Position numbers and translations under genes: made by a program. The notes under the pieces are model-generated. The model was not told the DNA's origin and ran no database searches. It saw only the letters and a list, made by a program, of their open reading frames with translations. 64,000 nucleotides of DNA from Mobula hypostoma (lineage: Eukaryota). The stretch spans positions 249,800,001 to 249,864,000 of the forward strand of contig NC_086097.1 in NCBI RefSeq assembly GCF_963921235.1, written 5' to 3'. Below are positions 25,166 through 38,765 of this stretch, in pieces. Within the stretch, counting starts at the first letter, position 1. Each line of letters starts with the position of its first letter.

Positions 25166-25899
25166 TCATTCCAACTCTTCTTTGTCTTCGTTTCTGTGCT
25201 TTGCAGACAATCACGTGTTCGATCCAACATTTACACCTGAGTCACATCACAGCTGAGATAGCTAACCCCTTCAATGGTATTTGCAAATAACTAACACAAC
25301 ATGAATTAATGGCCGATTTCCTTTCACACCAATGACCGTATAAAAATAAACCTTTATTTTTGGCTGCTGAGCACTTCAGGGCGCCCCAAGGTGCTGTCAC
25401 AACTTCCTTTTCCTTTATCCTGCATTCTTAGACCATGCATTTTAACAGGTCAGCTTTGCTCTGGTTAGCCCATTTTTCCACAGCTTTAACTGTGTTCTCA
25501 CTAAAATGAGAAACTAAGACAGACCCATGGGTCAATCCAATTCCTTGAAGTGTATTATATTTTAGGTATAAATCATAAATATAGCAGTGGCAAGCAAACT
25601 CTGTGATCACAAAAGCAACACACACAAAATGGGGCAACACAGTCGTGCAGTGGTTAATACAACGCTTTACAGTATGGGCAACCAGGTTCAATGCTCACCA
25701 TTGTCTGTAAGGAGTTTGTGCCTTCTCCCCATGACTGCGTGGGTTTCCTCTCACAGTCCAAAGACATACTGGTTAGTTGGTCATTGTAAAATGTCTTATG
25801 AATAGGCTGAGGATTAAATTGGGGGGGGGGGGGAATCGCTGGGCAGCGTAGCTCCAAGGAGCAGAGGGATTGATACCGTGCTGTAGCCCAATAAATCCC

Positions 25900-26555
25900 T
25901 GAAAGTGGTGTCACAGGTAGACAGGGTTGTAACGAAGGCTTTTGGCATCCTGGCATTCATAAATCAAAGTACTGAGTATAGGAGTTGGGATATTATGGGG
26001 ATGTTGTATTGGTGAAGCCAAATTTGGAGTATTGTGTACAGTTCTGGTCACCTAACTATAGGAAGGATATCAGTAAGATTGAAAGAGTGCAGAGAAGGTT
26101 TACTAGGATGTTGCCGGGTCTTCAGGAGTTGAGTTACAGGGAAAGATTGAACAGGTTAGGACTTTATTCCTTGGAGCGTAGAAGAATGAGGGGAGATTTG
26201 ATAGAGGTTTACAAGATTATGAGGGGTATAGACAGAGTAGGTGCGAGTACGCTTCTTCCACTTAGATTAGGAGAGATAAATACGAGAGGACATGGCTTTA
26301 GGGTGAAAGGGAAAAGGTTTAGGGGAAACTTCTTCACTCAGAGAGTGGTAGGAGTGTGGAACGAGCTGCCACCTGACGTGGTAAGTGCGGGCTCACTCTT
26401 AAGTTTTAAGAATAAATTGGATAGACACATGGATGGGAGAGGTCTGGAGGGTTACGGACTGGGTGCAGGTCAATGGGACTAGCGGAATAAAGTTCCAGCA
26501 CAGACTAGAAGGGCCGAATGGACTGTTTTCTGTGCTGTAGTGTTCTGAGGTTCTA
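25900..26555 (+). mobile_element. CR1 3' fragment
   Basis: ORF 25985..26482 LEYCVQFWSP..ERVQRRFTRMLPG. Confidence 0.9.
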
Positions 26556-27540
26556 AATAAGCACTGGAGGAACTCAGCAGGTCAGGCAGCATCTATGGAA
26601 ATGAATAAACAGTCGATGTTTCCGAGCAAGACTCTACTTCAGGAGCTTTCCATCATGTTCTCTTCCATCGTACCTCTGGTTCTGTTTACACTATTGTTCA
26701 ACAATGCCTTGTCAGGAAAGGGTGAGTGAGCCTGGGCATTTTCACTTTGGAGAAGAGGGTAAGAGGTGACTTGATAGAGCGGAGCTAGATGATAAGAGGC
26801 ACAGATCGTAAAGACAGCCGGAGACTTTTCCCCCTGGGGGAAATGGCGAAGACAAGGGGTCATAATTTTAAAGTGATTGGAGGACTTACCACACTGATAC
26901 GGAGGTCAGTTCATTAGGTATATTTGAAGCAGTGGCTGATAGGTTCTCGATTAGTAAGGTTGTCAAAGGTTATGGGGAGAAGGCTGGAGAATGAGGTTGA
27001 GAGGGAAAATAAATGAGTAAAAGAACAATTATCTTTACATCTCTACATGATACTACCAATATGCAGTACTGTGCAAAAGTCTTAGATATATGTATGTAGC
27101 TAGAGTGCATAAGGCTTTTGCACAGTTCTGTATTTGTCACCATGAAGCAAAGAGCAAGCTTGTATATCTGATGGAAGCAAAGGATGTTGGTAAGTCTGGT
27201 GGAGCACCATGGAAGGGGTGTGGGACAGGTGGCAGAGGAGTGCCAGGGACAGGGGGATGGCAAGTGTGCAGACACACCCAGCCCTGAGTCACTGGGCAAG
27301 GTCATTTGATTCCAAACAATTGACTTATTGATCATCACAGAATGTCTCTCTGGTGCTTCCCGCTCCCTCCCCCCTCCCCAACCATGATTCCCCACTCCCT
27401 GCCCCCTTCTCACTCTCAGTCCACAATAGAGATCCACGTCGGAATCAGATTTATCATCACTCACATGTCATGAATTTGTTTACTTTTGCTGCAGCAGGAC
27501 AGTGCAATACACATAAGATACTACAGTACTGTGCAAATGT

Positions 27541-28505
27541 CTGGTGCACATTCCTTTATCCGAAATTCTGAAATCCAAAAAGCTCCGAAAACCGAAGTTT
27601 TTTCGCCGACAGCTGACGTCACTCAGGTGTGACGTGGCAGCACTTGCAGAGGCCGCCAGACATCAGTTGTGGCTCAGCGCTTGTACTGGTTACACGTGCA
27701 TTTGCTGTTCCCTGATACTGCTGACTTTGTGTTTAATTTCACTGTGAAAATGTCAAAAAGAGCTGCAGATACCCCTATGGGTAACAATGAGAAAAAGAGA
27801 AGGAAGCATCTATCATTATCAATAACACAGAAAGTGGAGTTATTGCAGAAACTTGATCGTGGTGTGTCTGTGCGGCGTCTTACTGAAGAAAATAGTGTCG
27901 GAACTACCACTGTATATGATTTAAATAAACAGAAAGACAAGTCACTGAAGTTTTATAGTGACAGTGACTGTGACGTTCTACATTTATTCCAATAAGTCAT
28001 TTACCATGTGTTTGATTCGGTTCGTTTCAAGCTGTAAATTTTTATGTTTTATTGACTGTTTTTGTTGGAAATAATTTTTTTCTTGTCATTATTCCCTAAA
28101 CAATACAGTGTAACAACTATTTAAAAACGTAAACACGAGGAAATCTGCAGAAGGGTCCTGACAAAGGGTCTCGGCCCAAAACGTCGACTGTAGCTCTTCC
28201 TAGAGATGCTGCCTGGCCTGCTGCGTTCACCAGCAACTTTTATGTGTGTTGCTAAAAACTATTTACACAGCATTTACATTGTATTAGGTATTATAAGTAA
28301 TCTAGAGATGATTTAAAGTATACAGGAGGATGTGCGTACGTTTGGTGCACCGAGTCCTAAAGTCTACTGCACTGAGTCAGGTTAAACAAGGGACTTGAGC
28401 AGACGTGTTTTTCGGTATCGGGGGAGGGGGGTCTGAAATCCAAAAAATTCTGAATTCTGAGATGCAACTGGCCCCAAGGATTTCGGATAAGGGATTGTGC
28501 ACCTG
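27541..28505 (+). mobile_element. Tigger4/Zombi-like pogo element, internally deleted, retaining the CENP-B-type HTH N-terminus
   Basis: TIRs C.GGTGCACA.TCC.TTATCCGAAAT / ATTTCGGATAAGGGATTGTGCACCTG|TA. Peptide MSKRAADTPMGNNEKKRRKHLSLSITQKVELLQKLD (27750-27995). Confidence 0.88.
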
Positions 28506-29479
28506 TATATAGCTAAAACTTTTGCACAGTAGGAAGTAAAGATAATATAGATGTTACCTTTATTCTCCAGCAGTCCATCAGGGTGAAGGATAAATTAATT
28601 CCATTCCAGTTAAGAGGAATGGAAGATGCCTGTGCACAAATTCCTGTAATGCCAGGTGGCTGTTACACACCAACAGCCACATGGTCATGACCCAATAGCA
28701 AGTGGATCCTGGACAAAATGGAAATCAGACTGTGTTGCGCAAAGTTATATGAGCAGCAGTGCCTCACATCACCGGAGATCCAGGTTCAATTCTGACTGTA
28801 GGCAGTGCCTGTGTAGAACAAGCACATTCTCACCAGGACTTCTTTTTTAAAAATGTACTTCAGTTTATCTTTTTCATTTAGAGATACAGTGGGGAACAGG
28901 CTTTTCATCTCTTCGACCCCCGCTGCCCAGCAATCCCCCAATTTAATCCTTGCCTAACCACAGGATAATTTACAACGACCAATTAACCTACTAATCAGCA
29001 CACCTTTCGAATGTGGGAGGAAACCAGAGCACCCGGAGGAAACATACACACACACACACACACACACGGGGAGAAGGAACAAACACCTTACAGATGACAC
29101 CAGATCTGAACTCCGATGTCCCAAGTTGTGATCGCATCACTCTAAGCACTATGCCACCAAAGCACCCTTTTCTCTCCAGGTGCTCCTGATTTGTTCCGTT
29201 TTCAAGCACGTACCCTCCCCCACCCTTACGCTAACTACCTCCGTCATCCATCTCAGCCACATCCTCTCCCAAATTACCGCACACATGAAAGCACAAGTTC
29301 CCTTGTAACTAAGATATCATTTACTAATTTTTTTTAAAAAATCAATTGCAGGATTTTGGAAGTATGAAGTAAGATCAGGAGATGCTAGATGCTCAGGGAG
29401 GTCAGGAAGTGTCTGTAGGAAGAGTTCAAAGCTCAAGGTCAATTTATTATCAAACTACATATATGTCACCCTGAGATTT

Positions 29480-30590
29480 ATTCCCTGGGTGTTAAAATCT
29501 CAGAGGATCTATCCTAGTCCCAACATACTGATGCAAAACAACAGCTATATTTCATTCAGATTTTCAGGCAATTTGGTATATCACCAAAGACAACAGCGAA
29601 TTTCTACAGATGTACCGCGGAGAGCTTTATAACTGGCTGCACCAGCATCTGGTGTGGAGGGGCAACTGCACAGGATGTGGAAAAAGCTGCAGAAAGTTGT
29701 AAACTCAGCCAGCTCCATCATGGGCACTAGCCTGCTCACCACTGAGGGCACCTTCAAAAGGCGGTGACTCAAGAAGATGGCATCCATCATTCAGGACCCC
29801 CATCACCCAGTATGTGCCCTCTTCTCATTGCTACCATCAAAGATGAGGTACAGGAGACTGAAGTCACACCACTCAACATTTTAGGAACACACACAAAATG
29901 TTGGAGGAACTCAGCAGGCCAGGCAGTATCTATAGAAAAAAGTACAGTTGACGTTTCGGGCCGAAACCCTTTAGTAGCATATTGTGTGTGTTGCTCGGAT
30001 TTCCAGCATCTGCAGATTTTCTCTTGTTTGTGGCTCAACATTTTAGGGACAGCTTCCTCCCCTCTGCCATCAGATTTCCGAACAATCCATAAACACATGA
30101 ACACTATGTCACTAGTTTGCTCACATTATGTATTTATATTCCTAGCACATCACACAAACCAATCTTCTGTCCGTGGACTCACTTTACACCGCACGCTGGC
30201 GGAGCAGTGCTGCCAGGATAATCAAAGACACGACCCACCCAGCCAACACACTTTTCGTCCCTCTTCCCTCCGGGAGAAGGCTCAGGAGCTTGAAGACTCG
30301 TACGGCCAAATTTGGGAACAGCTTCTTTCCAACTGTGATAAGACTGCTGAACAGATCCTGACCTGGAACTCGGCCATACCCTCCAAATATCTGGACCTGT
30401 CTCTCGGTTTTTTTTTCACTACCTTACTTTCCCTTTTCTATTTTCTATTTATGATTTATAATTTAAATTTTTAATATTTACTATCAATTTGTATTCCGGG
30501 GAGCGCGAAGCGCAGAATCAAATATCGCTGTGATGATTGTACGTTCTAGTATCAATTGTTTGGTGACAATAAAATATAAAGTAAAGTATT
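29480..30590 (+). mobile_element. Rex1/Babar-type LINE 3' fragments (two families) with a Penelope mini-insert
   Basis: IIKDTTHPANTLFVPLPSGRRLRS..NSFFP (30173..30361); (AAAGT)n-like tail. Confidence 0.75.
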
Positions 30591-31384
30591 CCTGGTGATA
30601 ACTCACAGTAATCTTTAACCATCAGGTTCTTGAACCAAAGGGTTCAACTCTTCACCTGCCCCATTATTGAAATGTTCCCACAACTTATGAACTCACTTTC
30701 AGGAACTCTATCTCCTGTTCTCGATATTTATTGCCTATTTATTTATTATTATTTCTTTCTCTTTGTATTTGCACAGTTTGTTGTCTTTAGCACACTGGTT
30801 GAACGGCCAAGTCGGTGCAATCTTGCTTTGATTTTTATTACGTCCCCAAGAAAATGAATCTCAGGGTTGTATACGGTGACATATTTGTACTTTGGATATC
30901 TGAAGGGTTTTCAAAGTTCGAAGAAAATTTATTACCAAAGGGAAAATCCAATTAGTCACAAAACATATGCTCCCATTGCAACATTGTCCAGCGATACCAC
31001 AAATGTCTGTCTATTACCATCACTTGTTTCTGCACAGAAACACATGTGTCAGGAATTCATGAAATAGTTCCTCCTGGCTCAGGGAGAAAATAAAGAAGTT
31101 TAGTTTTAATTGTCTGATTCAGATTTATTTTCTCACATACATTGGACCATATAGGGAAATGTGTCTATGAGGATTCTGCTAGTGTTGCCACACTTCTGGC
31201 ACCAACATAGGATGATCACAACTCATTAACTCTAACCGTACATCTTTTTTTGGAATGTGGGAGGAAACTGGAGCACCGTGAGGAAACCCACACAACTTGC
31301 TTACAGGCAGTTGTGGGAATCGTACCTCAATTTTACCACTGGCACTGCAAAGCAGGGCGCTAACTGCTACACATGCATGTTTGT

Positions 31385-31760
31385 AGAGTTGCTCACTAAG
31401 CCTGGAGGTTAGGTCACGAACATTTCATCACCAGTCGAGGTGGCATTATCAGTGCACAATTGAGTGTTGATTTCGCAGGCACTCGGGTTTATGTTGGTCT
31501 GATTCATTCTGATTAGTTGGCCATCGCAATGGGCGCTAGTCTCCACTGGGTCCTAGTCAACCAGAGAGCTAAGTGATCTCCACTGGCCCGTATCCCTGGT
31601 TATCAGTCATTGTGAGCATTGGGTGTCCATGGCTCTCCTCTCAGCCCTGATCCCACAGACGCATAGGTTCATAAATTGCGTCCAGTTCAATATGCTGGTT
31701 AATAGTCTTCTGCCGAGCATGTCTATGCACGTACATTGCCCAGAGGAAGTCTGTCACTTC
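31385..31760 (-). mobile_element. Penelope-like 3' fragment, second family
   Basis: Minus-strand INQHIELDAIYEPMR (Penelope C-terminal-like) followed by a degenerate hammerhead CTGATAA-stem-GAAATGTT at about 31415-31455. Confidence 0.6.
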
Positions 31761-34073
31761 AAAAGCACAGTACAGACAATACAGTGTTACACAATAAGCC
31801 TTAACAACATGGTTTCAAGAAACCAAACGTGGTCAGACTTGGCTTCTGAATGGCCAGAATTTGTGCAACCACAGAAGCCCAGTGCACAGCGTTTTCAAAC
31901 AGCAGTCTTGGCTCTGACAACACAGGACAGATAGAGGCTAAGACACACAGATGTTTTATAGAATTCAATACATACAGTGAAACTCTCTTATAAGCATACA
32001 GGTTTTTCACGTTATGGAGGCTAACTTTAATATTGTAAATGTATCATTTGATTAAATGTTCCTTGTTTGTGTGCGCAAATCGTTATGGGTTATATGTGAG
32101 AAGTACGTCATTACACCACAAATCATACTTGAGTGCCTCACTGAAGTGCAGGGTAATGTGAGGGGTAACTGATGACACATACTGTTCATAATAGAAACTG
32201 TTCTACATAATTCACAAACACCATCACTGAGGTTGTTGTGTTCACTTTAAGTGACAGTGTCTGACATAATGACGTCAGTGTAAGGTGACTGAATTTGGTT
32301 TGTTCGTGATGGAAGTAGAAGGCTGCAGCTTTTGTTCAGCATATAAAATAACTCACACATGTTTTATTCACAAAACCCTACAAAAGTGAAAACCAAGTGG
32401 ACATCCTTCCCCGGCTCCCTTTGTTTTTCTTACGATTAGTTTTGTTTTGGAGTTACAAGACATAACACTAACAACAGCTAAATCAAAGCAGAAAATGCTT
32501 TAAGTGACCGCAGATCAGACAGAATCTGAAGAACTGCCATCTCGGATTGATAAACTTACTGCAAAATTAACATATGGAACACGTAAAAGGGAGAGAGAAA
32601 GGAGAAAAAAATCTCTCCAGGAGGAATGTTATACAACACAGAAACAGGCCCTTCAGCCCATTATAATCGGTTCTGATATTTTAGTTTTGCCCATCTACAC
32701 TCACCCCTTTTGCCATCTACAAATGGCAACACCTCAAAAAAGGTGGGCATCTATCATTAATGACCCATCGTTAACAACCCCCATCACCCAGGACATGCCC
32801 TCTTCTCATTATGACCATCAGGGAGGAGGTACAGGAGCCTGAAGACACACACAATAATGTAGGAACAGCTTCTTCCCCTCTGCCATCAGGTTTCTGAATG
32901 GTCCATGAACACTCCCTCACTTTTTGCACTACGTGTTTAATTTTTATATATTTCTTACTGAAACTAGCAGTAATTTATATTGCACTGTGTCTGCTGCTGC
33001 AAAACAACAAACTTCATGATATATATTCCAGTGATACTAAACTTGTTTCTGATTTTCCCTGCATTGACACATTATCCTTTTTTGACTCTGCCGATTTAAA
33101 TCAGAATAGCCATCTGATTCTGCCACCTCCTCTAAAAGCCCGTTTCAGATGTCAACCAAACTCATTAATAAACCTATGCCCCCCTGTTCTTGACATGCCT
33201 TCATGATGAAATGAGACCACTGTAAAAAGATTTTTTTTTTAAATCAAGGAAGTGTTGAAAAGACAGCAGAACAAACACAAGCACCAGTTGCCTGACTGAA
33301 ACGTAGGTACAGGAAAGTTGTAAACCCAGACAGCTCCATCATGGGCACTAGCATCCCCACTACTGAGGACTTCTTCAAAAGGCGATGCTTCAAAAAGACA
33401 GCTTCAATCATTACACACCTTCACTCTCCGGAACACGCTCGCTTCTCATTACCAGGTTCAGGAACAGTTATTACCCCTCAGCCATCAGGATCTTGAACCA
33501 GAGGGGATAATTTCACTCAACTTCACTTGCCCCATCATTGAAATGCTCCCACAGCCTACGGACTCACTTTCCAGGGCCCTTTAACTCATCTCCTCGATAT
33601 TTATTGCTTACTTATTTATTATTATTAGTCTTCTTTCTTTTGTATTTGTAGAGTTTGTAGTCATCTATAAAACCCTAGTTGGGAAGTTTCTCATCAATTC
33701 TGTTATGGTTATTATTCTCTGGATTTACCTAGTATGCCTCCAAGAAAATGAATCCCAGGGTTGTAAATGGTGACATACATGTACTTTGATATTAAAATTT
33801 ACCTTCAACTTTAATTTCTTGTCTTGTACTTATATTGCTGCTGCAAGACAACAGATTTCACAACATATACCAGTGATAATAAAGCTGATTCCGAATGAAG
33901 TGCTCCTGTCTTTCAGTTCTCATCACTGATAATCAGTAACATATCTATGCCCCTATTTCAGTCAAGTTATTTTGTGTTAATTAGACATTGACCGTAAATG
34001 TTGCCAATGCAATAAGGATTTGCATATTGCCTTTGTACACACATGCCCAGGGATGTCAGTCATGCACTAATTA

Positions 34074-35860
34074 AGTGAAGAAAAAAAGGATGACAGGAGT
34101 GAAGGTAGGACCGATTAGAGATAAAGGTGGGAAGATGTGCCTGGAGACTGTGGAAGTGAGCGAGGTCCTCAATGAATACTTCTCTTCGGTATTCACCAAT
34201 GAGAGGGAACTTAATGATGGTGAGGACAATATGAGTGAGGTTGATGTTCTGGAGCATGTTGATATTAAGGGAGAGGAGGTGTTGGAGTTGTTAAAATACA
34301 TTAGGACAGATAAGTCCCCGGGGCCTGACAGAATATTCCCCAGGCTGCTGCACGAGGCGAGAGAAGAGATTGCTGAGCCTCTGGCTAGGATCTTTATGTC
34401 CTCGTTGTCCACGGGAATGGTACCGGAGGATTGGAGGGAGGCAAATGTTGTCCCCTTGTTCAAAAAAGGTAGTACGGATAGTCCGGGTAATTATAGACCA
34501 GTGAGCCTTATGTCTGTGGTGGGAGAGCTGTTGGAAAAGATTCTTAGAGATAGGATCTCAGGGCATTTAGAGAATCATGGTCTGAGCATGGACAGTCAGC
34601 ATGGCTTTGTGAAGGGCAGATCGTGTCTAACAAGCCTGATAGAGTTCTTTGAGGAGGTGACCAGGCATATAGATGAGGGTAGTGCAGTGGATGTGATCTA
34701 TATGGATTTCAGTAAGGCATTTGACAAGGTTCCACACGGTAGGCTTATTCAGAAAGTTAGAAGGCATGGGATCCAGGGAAGTTTGGCCAGGTGGATTCAG
34801 AATTGGCTTGCCTGCAGAAGGCAGAGGGTGGTGGTGGAGGGAGTACATTCATATTGGAGGATTGTGACTAGTGGTGTCCCACAAGGATCTGTTCTGGGAC
34901 CTCTACTTTTCGTGATTTTTATTAACGACCTGGATGTGGGGGTAGAAGGATGGGTTGGCAAGTTTGCAGACGACACAAAGGTTGGTGGTGTTGTAGATAG
35001 TGTAGAGGATTGTCGAAGATTGCAGAGAGACATTGATAGGATGCCGAAGTGGGCTGAGAAGTGGCAGATGGAGTTCAACCCGGAGAAGTGTGAGGTGGTA
35101 CACTTTGGAAGGACAAACTCCAAGGCAGAGTACAAAGTAAATGGCAGGATATTTGGTAGTGTGGAGGAGCAGAGGGATCTCGGGGTACATGTCCACAGAT
35201 CCCTGAAAGTTGCCTCACAGGTGGATAGGGTAGTTAAGAAAGCTTATGGGGTGTTAGCTTTCATAAGTCGAGGGATAAGAGTTTAAGAGTCGCGATGTAA
35301 TGATGCAGCTCTATAAAACTCTGGTTAGGCCACACTTGGAGTACTGTGTCCAGTTCTGGTCACCTCACGCTAGGAAGGATGTGGAAGCATTGGAAAGGGT
35401 ACAGAGGAGATTTACCAGGATGCTGCCTGGTTTAGAAAGTATGCATTATGATCAGAGATCAAGGGAGCTAGGGCTTTACTCTTTGGAGAGAAGGAGGATG
35501 AGAGGAGACATGATAGAGGTGTACAAGATAATAAGAGGAATAGATAGAGTGGATAGCCAGCACCTCTTCCCCAGGGCACCACTGCTCAATACAAGAGAAC
35601 ATGGCTTTAAGGTAAGGGGTGGGAAGTTCAAGGGGGATATTAGAGGAAGGTTTTTTACTCAGAGAGTGGTTGGTGCGTGGAATGCACTGCCTGAGTCAGT
35701 GGTGGAGGCAGATACACTAGTGAAGTTTAAGAGACTACTAGACAGGTATATGGAGGAATTTAAGGTGGGGGCTTATATGGGAGGCAGGGTTTGAGGGTCG
35801 GCACAACATTGTGGGCCAAAGGGCTTGTACTGTGCTGTATTGTTCTATGTTCTATGTTCT
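34074..35860 (+). mobile_element. Young 5'-truncated CR1 LINE with a near-intact reverse transcriptase
   Basis: 403-aa ORF 34075..35286 (GVPQGSVLGP, KFADD) continues after one frameshift in 35300..35794; (TGTTCTA)n tail. Confidence 0.95.
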
Positions 35861-35999
35861 ACCTGTGTTCCTTGATCAGCAGGGTTCCACTGTGTGTTAA
35901 CGTTCTGTGTTTATAGCTGACTCAGAGAAATAGTGAATCATGCACCAACTCATCCCAGGAAAGGTCACACACCATCCACTCACAATACCTATACGACCA

Positions 36000-36600
36000 A
36001 AAGATATAGGAGCAGAATTAGGCCATTTGGCCCATCGAGTCTGCTTCACCATTCAATCATGGCTGATCCATTTTTCCCTCCTTCTCAACCTCATTTTCCA
36101 GCCTTCTCCCCGTAACCTTTGATGCCATGTCCAATCAAGAACCTATTAATCTCTGCCTTAAATACACCCAATGACCTGGCCTCTACAGTTGCACGTAGTA
36201 ACAAATTCCACAAATTCACCACCCACTGGCTAAAGAACTTTCTACACATCTCTGTTTTGAAAGGGTGCCCCTCTATCCTGAGGGTGTGCCCTCTTGCCCG
36301 AGACTCTCCCACCATGGGAAACATCCTTTCCACAACTACTCTGTCTAGTCGTTTCAACATTCGAAAGGTTTCAGTGAGAACCCCCTCATCCTTCTAAATT
36401 CCAGCAAGTACAGATTCAGAGCTAGCAAACGTTCCTTATATGATAACCCTTTCATTTCGGGAATCATTCTTGTGAAACTTCTCTGAACCCTCTCCAATGC
36501 CAACCCATCTTTTCTTAGATGAGGAGCCCAAAACTGTACACAATACTCAAGGTCAGGCCTCCCCAGTGCATTATAAAGCCTCAGCATCACATCCCTGCTC
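36000..36600 (-). mobile_element. CR1 3' fragment
   Basis: ORFs 36354..36641 and 36091..36360 carry CR1 C-terminal motifs. Confidence 0.85.
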
Positions 36601-38392
36601 ATCATCTCCCCACAAAATTCAGATTCAGAGTTATTTATCACAGGTACATCAAAACATCCTCCACAACCATGTCGTGGGGGCTGGAGGCCGCGTGCCTCAA
36701 TGACCCGGAGAGCTATGATGGCTCGAGTCGGGGCCTTGTGCTTTGACTCATGGTAGGGTCAAAGGGTAGAGGCCAAACGAAGAGTGTGTCCACTGGTCTT
36801 TCAGGTTCGGTGGTTCAATTCATGGCTAACAAACCAGACTGGTCAAAAAAACATTGTTACAGAAACAGCAATGAAGAATCCTTTTATATCTGTGTGTGAC
36901 GGTATTTCTGAGTCTCCATCTAGGACTTGGATGACTGACAGTAGTGAAAACAGAGAGGAATGTACCGGCCAAGACCAAGACCAAAACTGTTTTTTGAAAT
37001 GTACCAACTATGTACAACACTGGCAAGCTTCATATACTGGGCATCAGTGAAAGCAGGTGGACAGGGTCTGGCAGACTAAAGGCAGCAACTTTGCTTGTTT
37101 CAGCAGCCAGAGCGAGATCGAAAGCGCTCGGCAGAGGATGGCGCTCGGGAGGCTGTATCGGAGGGGCTGGTCGGAGGCTCGAAGTTTTCGGACAGACGGA
37201 CTCAGTGTCGGCTGCTTTCAAGGCATCGGCAAGTTGACGGTGCCTGGAGGTTTATGGCAGGGAGTTTCTCCCTTTTGCCGCCTGCTATCGGGGACTCGGG
37301 AGCCAATCGACTCGGGGACTTTGAGACTTTTTTTACTGTGCCCATGGTTTGTTCTTCATCAAATTATGGTATTGCTTTGCACTGCTGTAACTATATGTTA
37401 TAGTTATGAGGTTCTGTCAGTGTTAGTCTTTGGTTTGTCCTGTTTTCTGTGATATCACTCCGGAGAAACATTGTATCATTTCTTAATGCATGTATGCATT
37501 TCTAAATGACAATAAAAGACAACTGAGTGTTCTCATAATCTAAAAATCTAAAAAATGCCAGCTGTGTAACATGCAGTAACTAACATCAAAACATACAGTG
37601 AAATGCATCATCTGTATTAACAACCTGTACAGCCTAAGAATGTGCTGGGGGCAGCTCGCAAGTGTAACCGCACATCCCAGCACCAACATAGCAATGCTCA
37701 GCAAAACAACACAGAACACATCAAGCAACAAAACAACTACAGCAAAACAAATCCCTTTCTTCCTGCCGACCACCCACCTGCTCACATACACAGGCAGTCA
37801 GCCCTCCCACTCCAACAGTGGGCACAAGGTAGAGCAGCAGCATGAACCTTTCAAGTTCTGCCTGAAACTCACGCCTCCACAGCTGCCTGCGGTAACAACT
37901 TCACCACCCTCTGGCTAAAGAAATTTCTCCACATCTCTGTTTTAAATGGACGACCCTCTATCCTGAGGCTGTGCCTCCAGTGGACTCGCAGACCAATCAG
38001 ATAACTTCCTTCAGAGCAACACTCGAGTACCAGAACATTGGGCAGTCCCCTACTCCAGGAGGAGAGGGATTTGAAAGTAAAAGTAATTTTCTGTCTTTGC
38101 TCTGTACTGCATAAATACTGAATATACGATACTGTGCAAAAGTCTCGGGCACATATATATAGCTAGGGTGCCTAAGACTTTTGCAGAGTACTGTAGTAAT
38201 TTTATGTATTGCATTGTACTGCTGCCACAAAAAAAAAACAAAATTTCATGACAGATGTGAGTGACGATAAACCTGATTCTGATATGGGTCTATATCGTGG
38301 ACTGAGAGTGGGAAGGGGGCAGGGAGAGGGGAATCGTGGTTGGGAAAAGGGGAAGGGAGAGGGGAGGGAGCAGGAAGTAACAGAAAGACATC

Positions 38393-38765
38393 TGGAGAGA
38401 AGGAGGATGAGAGGAGACATGATAGAGGTGTACAAGATAATAAGAGGAATAGATAGAGTGGATAGCCAGCGCCTCTTCCCCAGGGCACCACTACTCAATA
38501 CAAGACGACATGGCTTTAAGGTAAGGGGTGGGAAGTGCAAGGGGGATATTAGAGGAAGGTTTTTTACTCAGAGAGTGGTTGGTGCGTGGAATGCACTGCC
38601 TGAGTCAGTGGTGGAGGCAGATACACTAGTGAAGTTTAAGAGACTACTAGACAGGTATATGGAGGAATTTAAGGTGGGGGGATATATGGGAGGCAGGGTT
38701 TGAGAGTCAGCACAACATTGTGGGCCGAAGGGCCTGTACTGTGCTGTACTACTCTATGTTCTATT
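38393..38765 (+). mobile_element. CR1 3' fragment nearly identical to 35485-35860, inserted into a composite element
   Basis: Same peptide RRRMRGDMIEVYKIIRGIDRVDSQ...YMGGRV. Confidence 0.92.

Noticed and set aside
28559..28629. Exon-like segment on the minus strand (CAG|...AAG|GTAAC) as an alternative DEPTOR exon
   Set aside because: The frame needed to join exon 2 contains a TAA just before the donor, and there is no homology.
29764..30474. 236-aa ORF
   Set aside because: Chance read-through across Rex1 and Penelope fragments.
32010..32467. Possible solo LTR ending CATAACA
   Set aside because: No clear TG start, TSD or second copy in the window.
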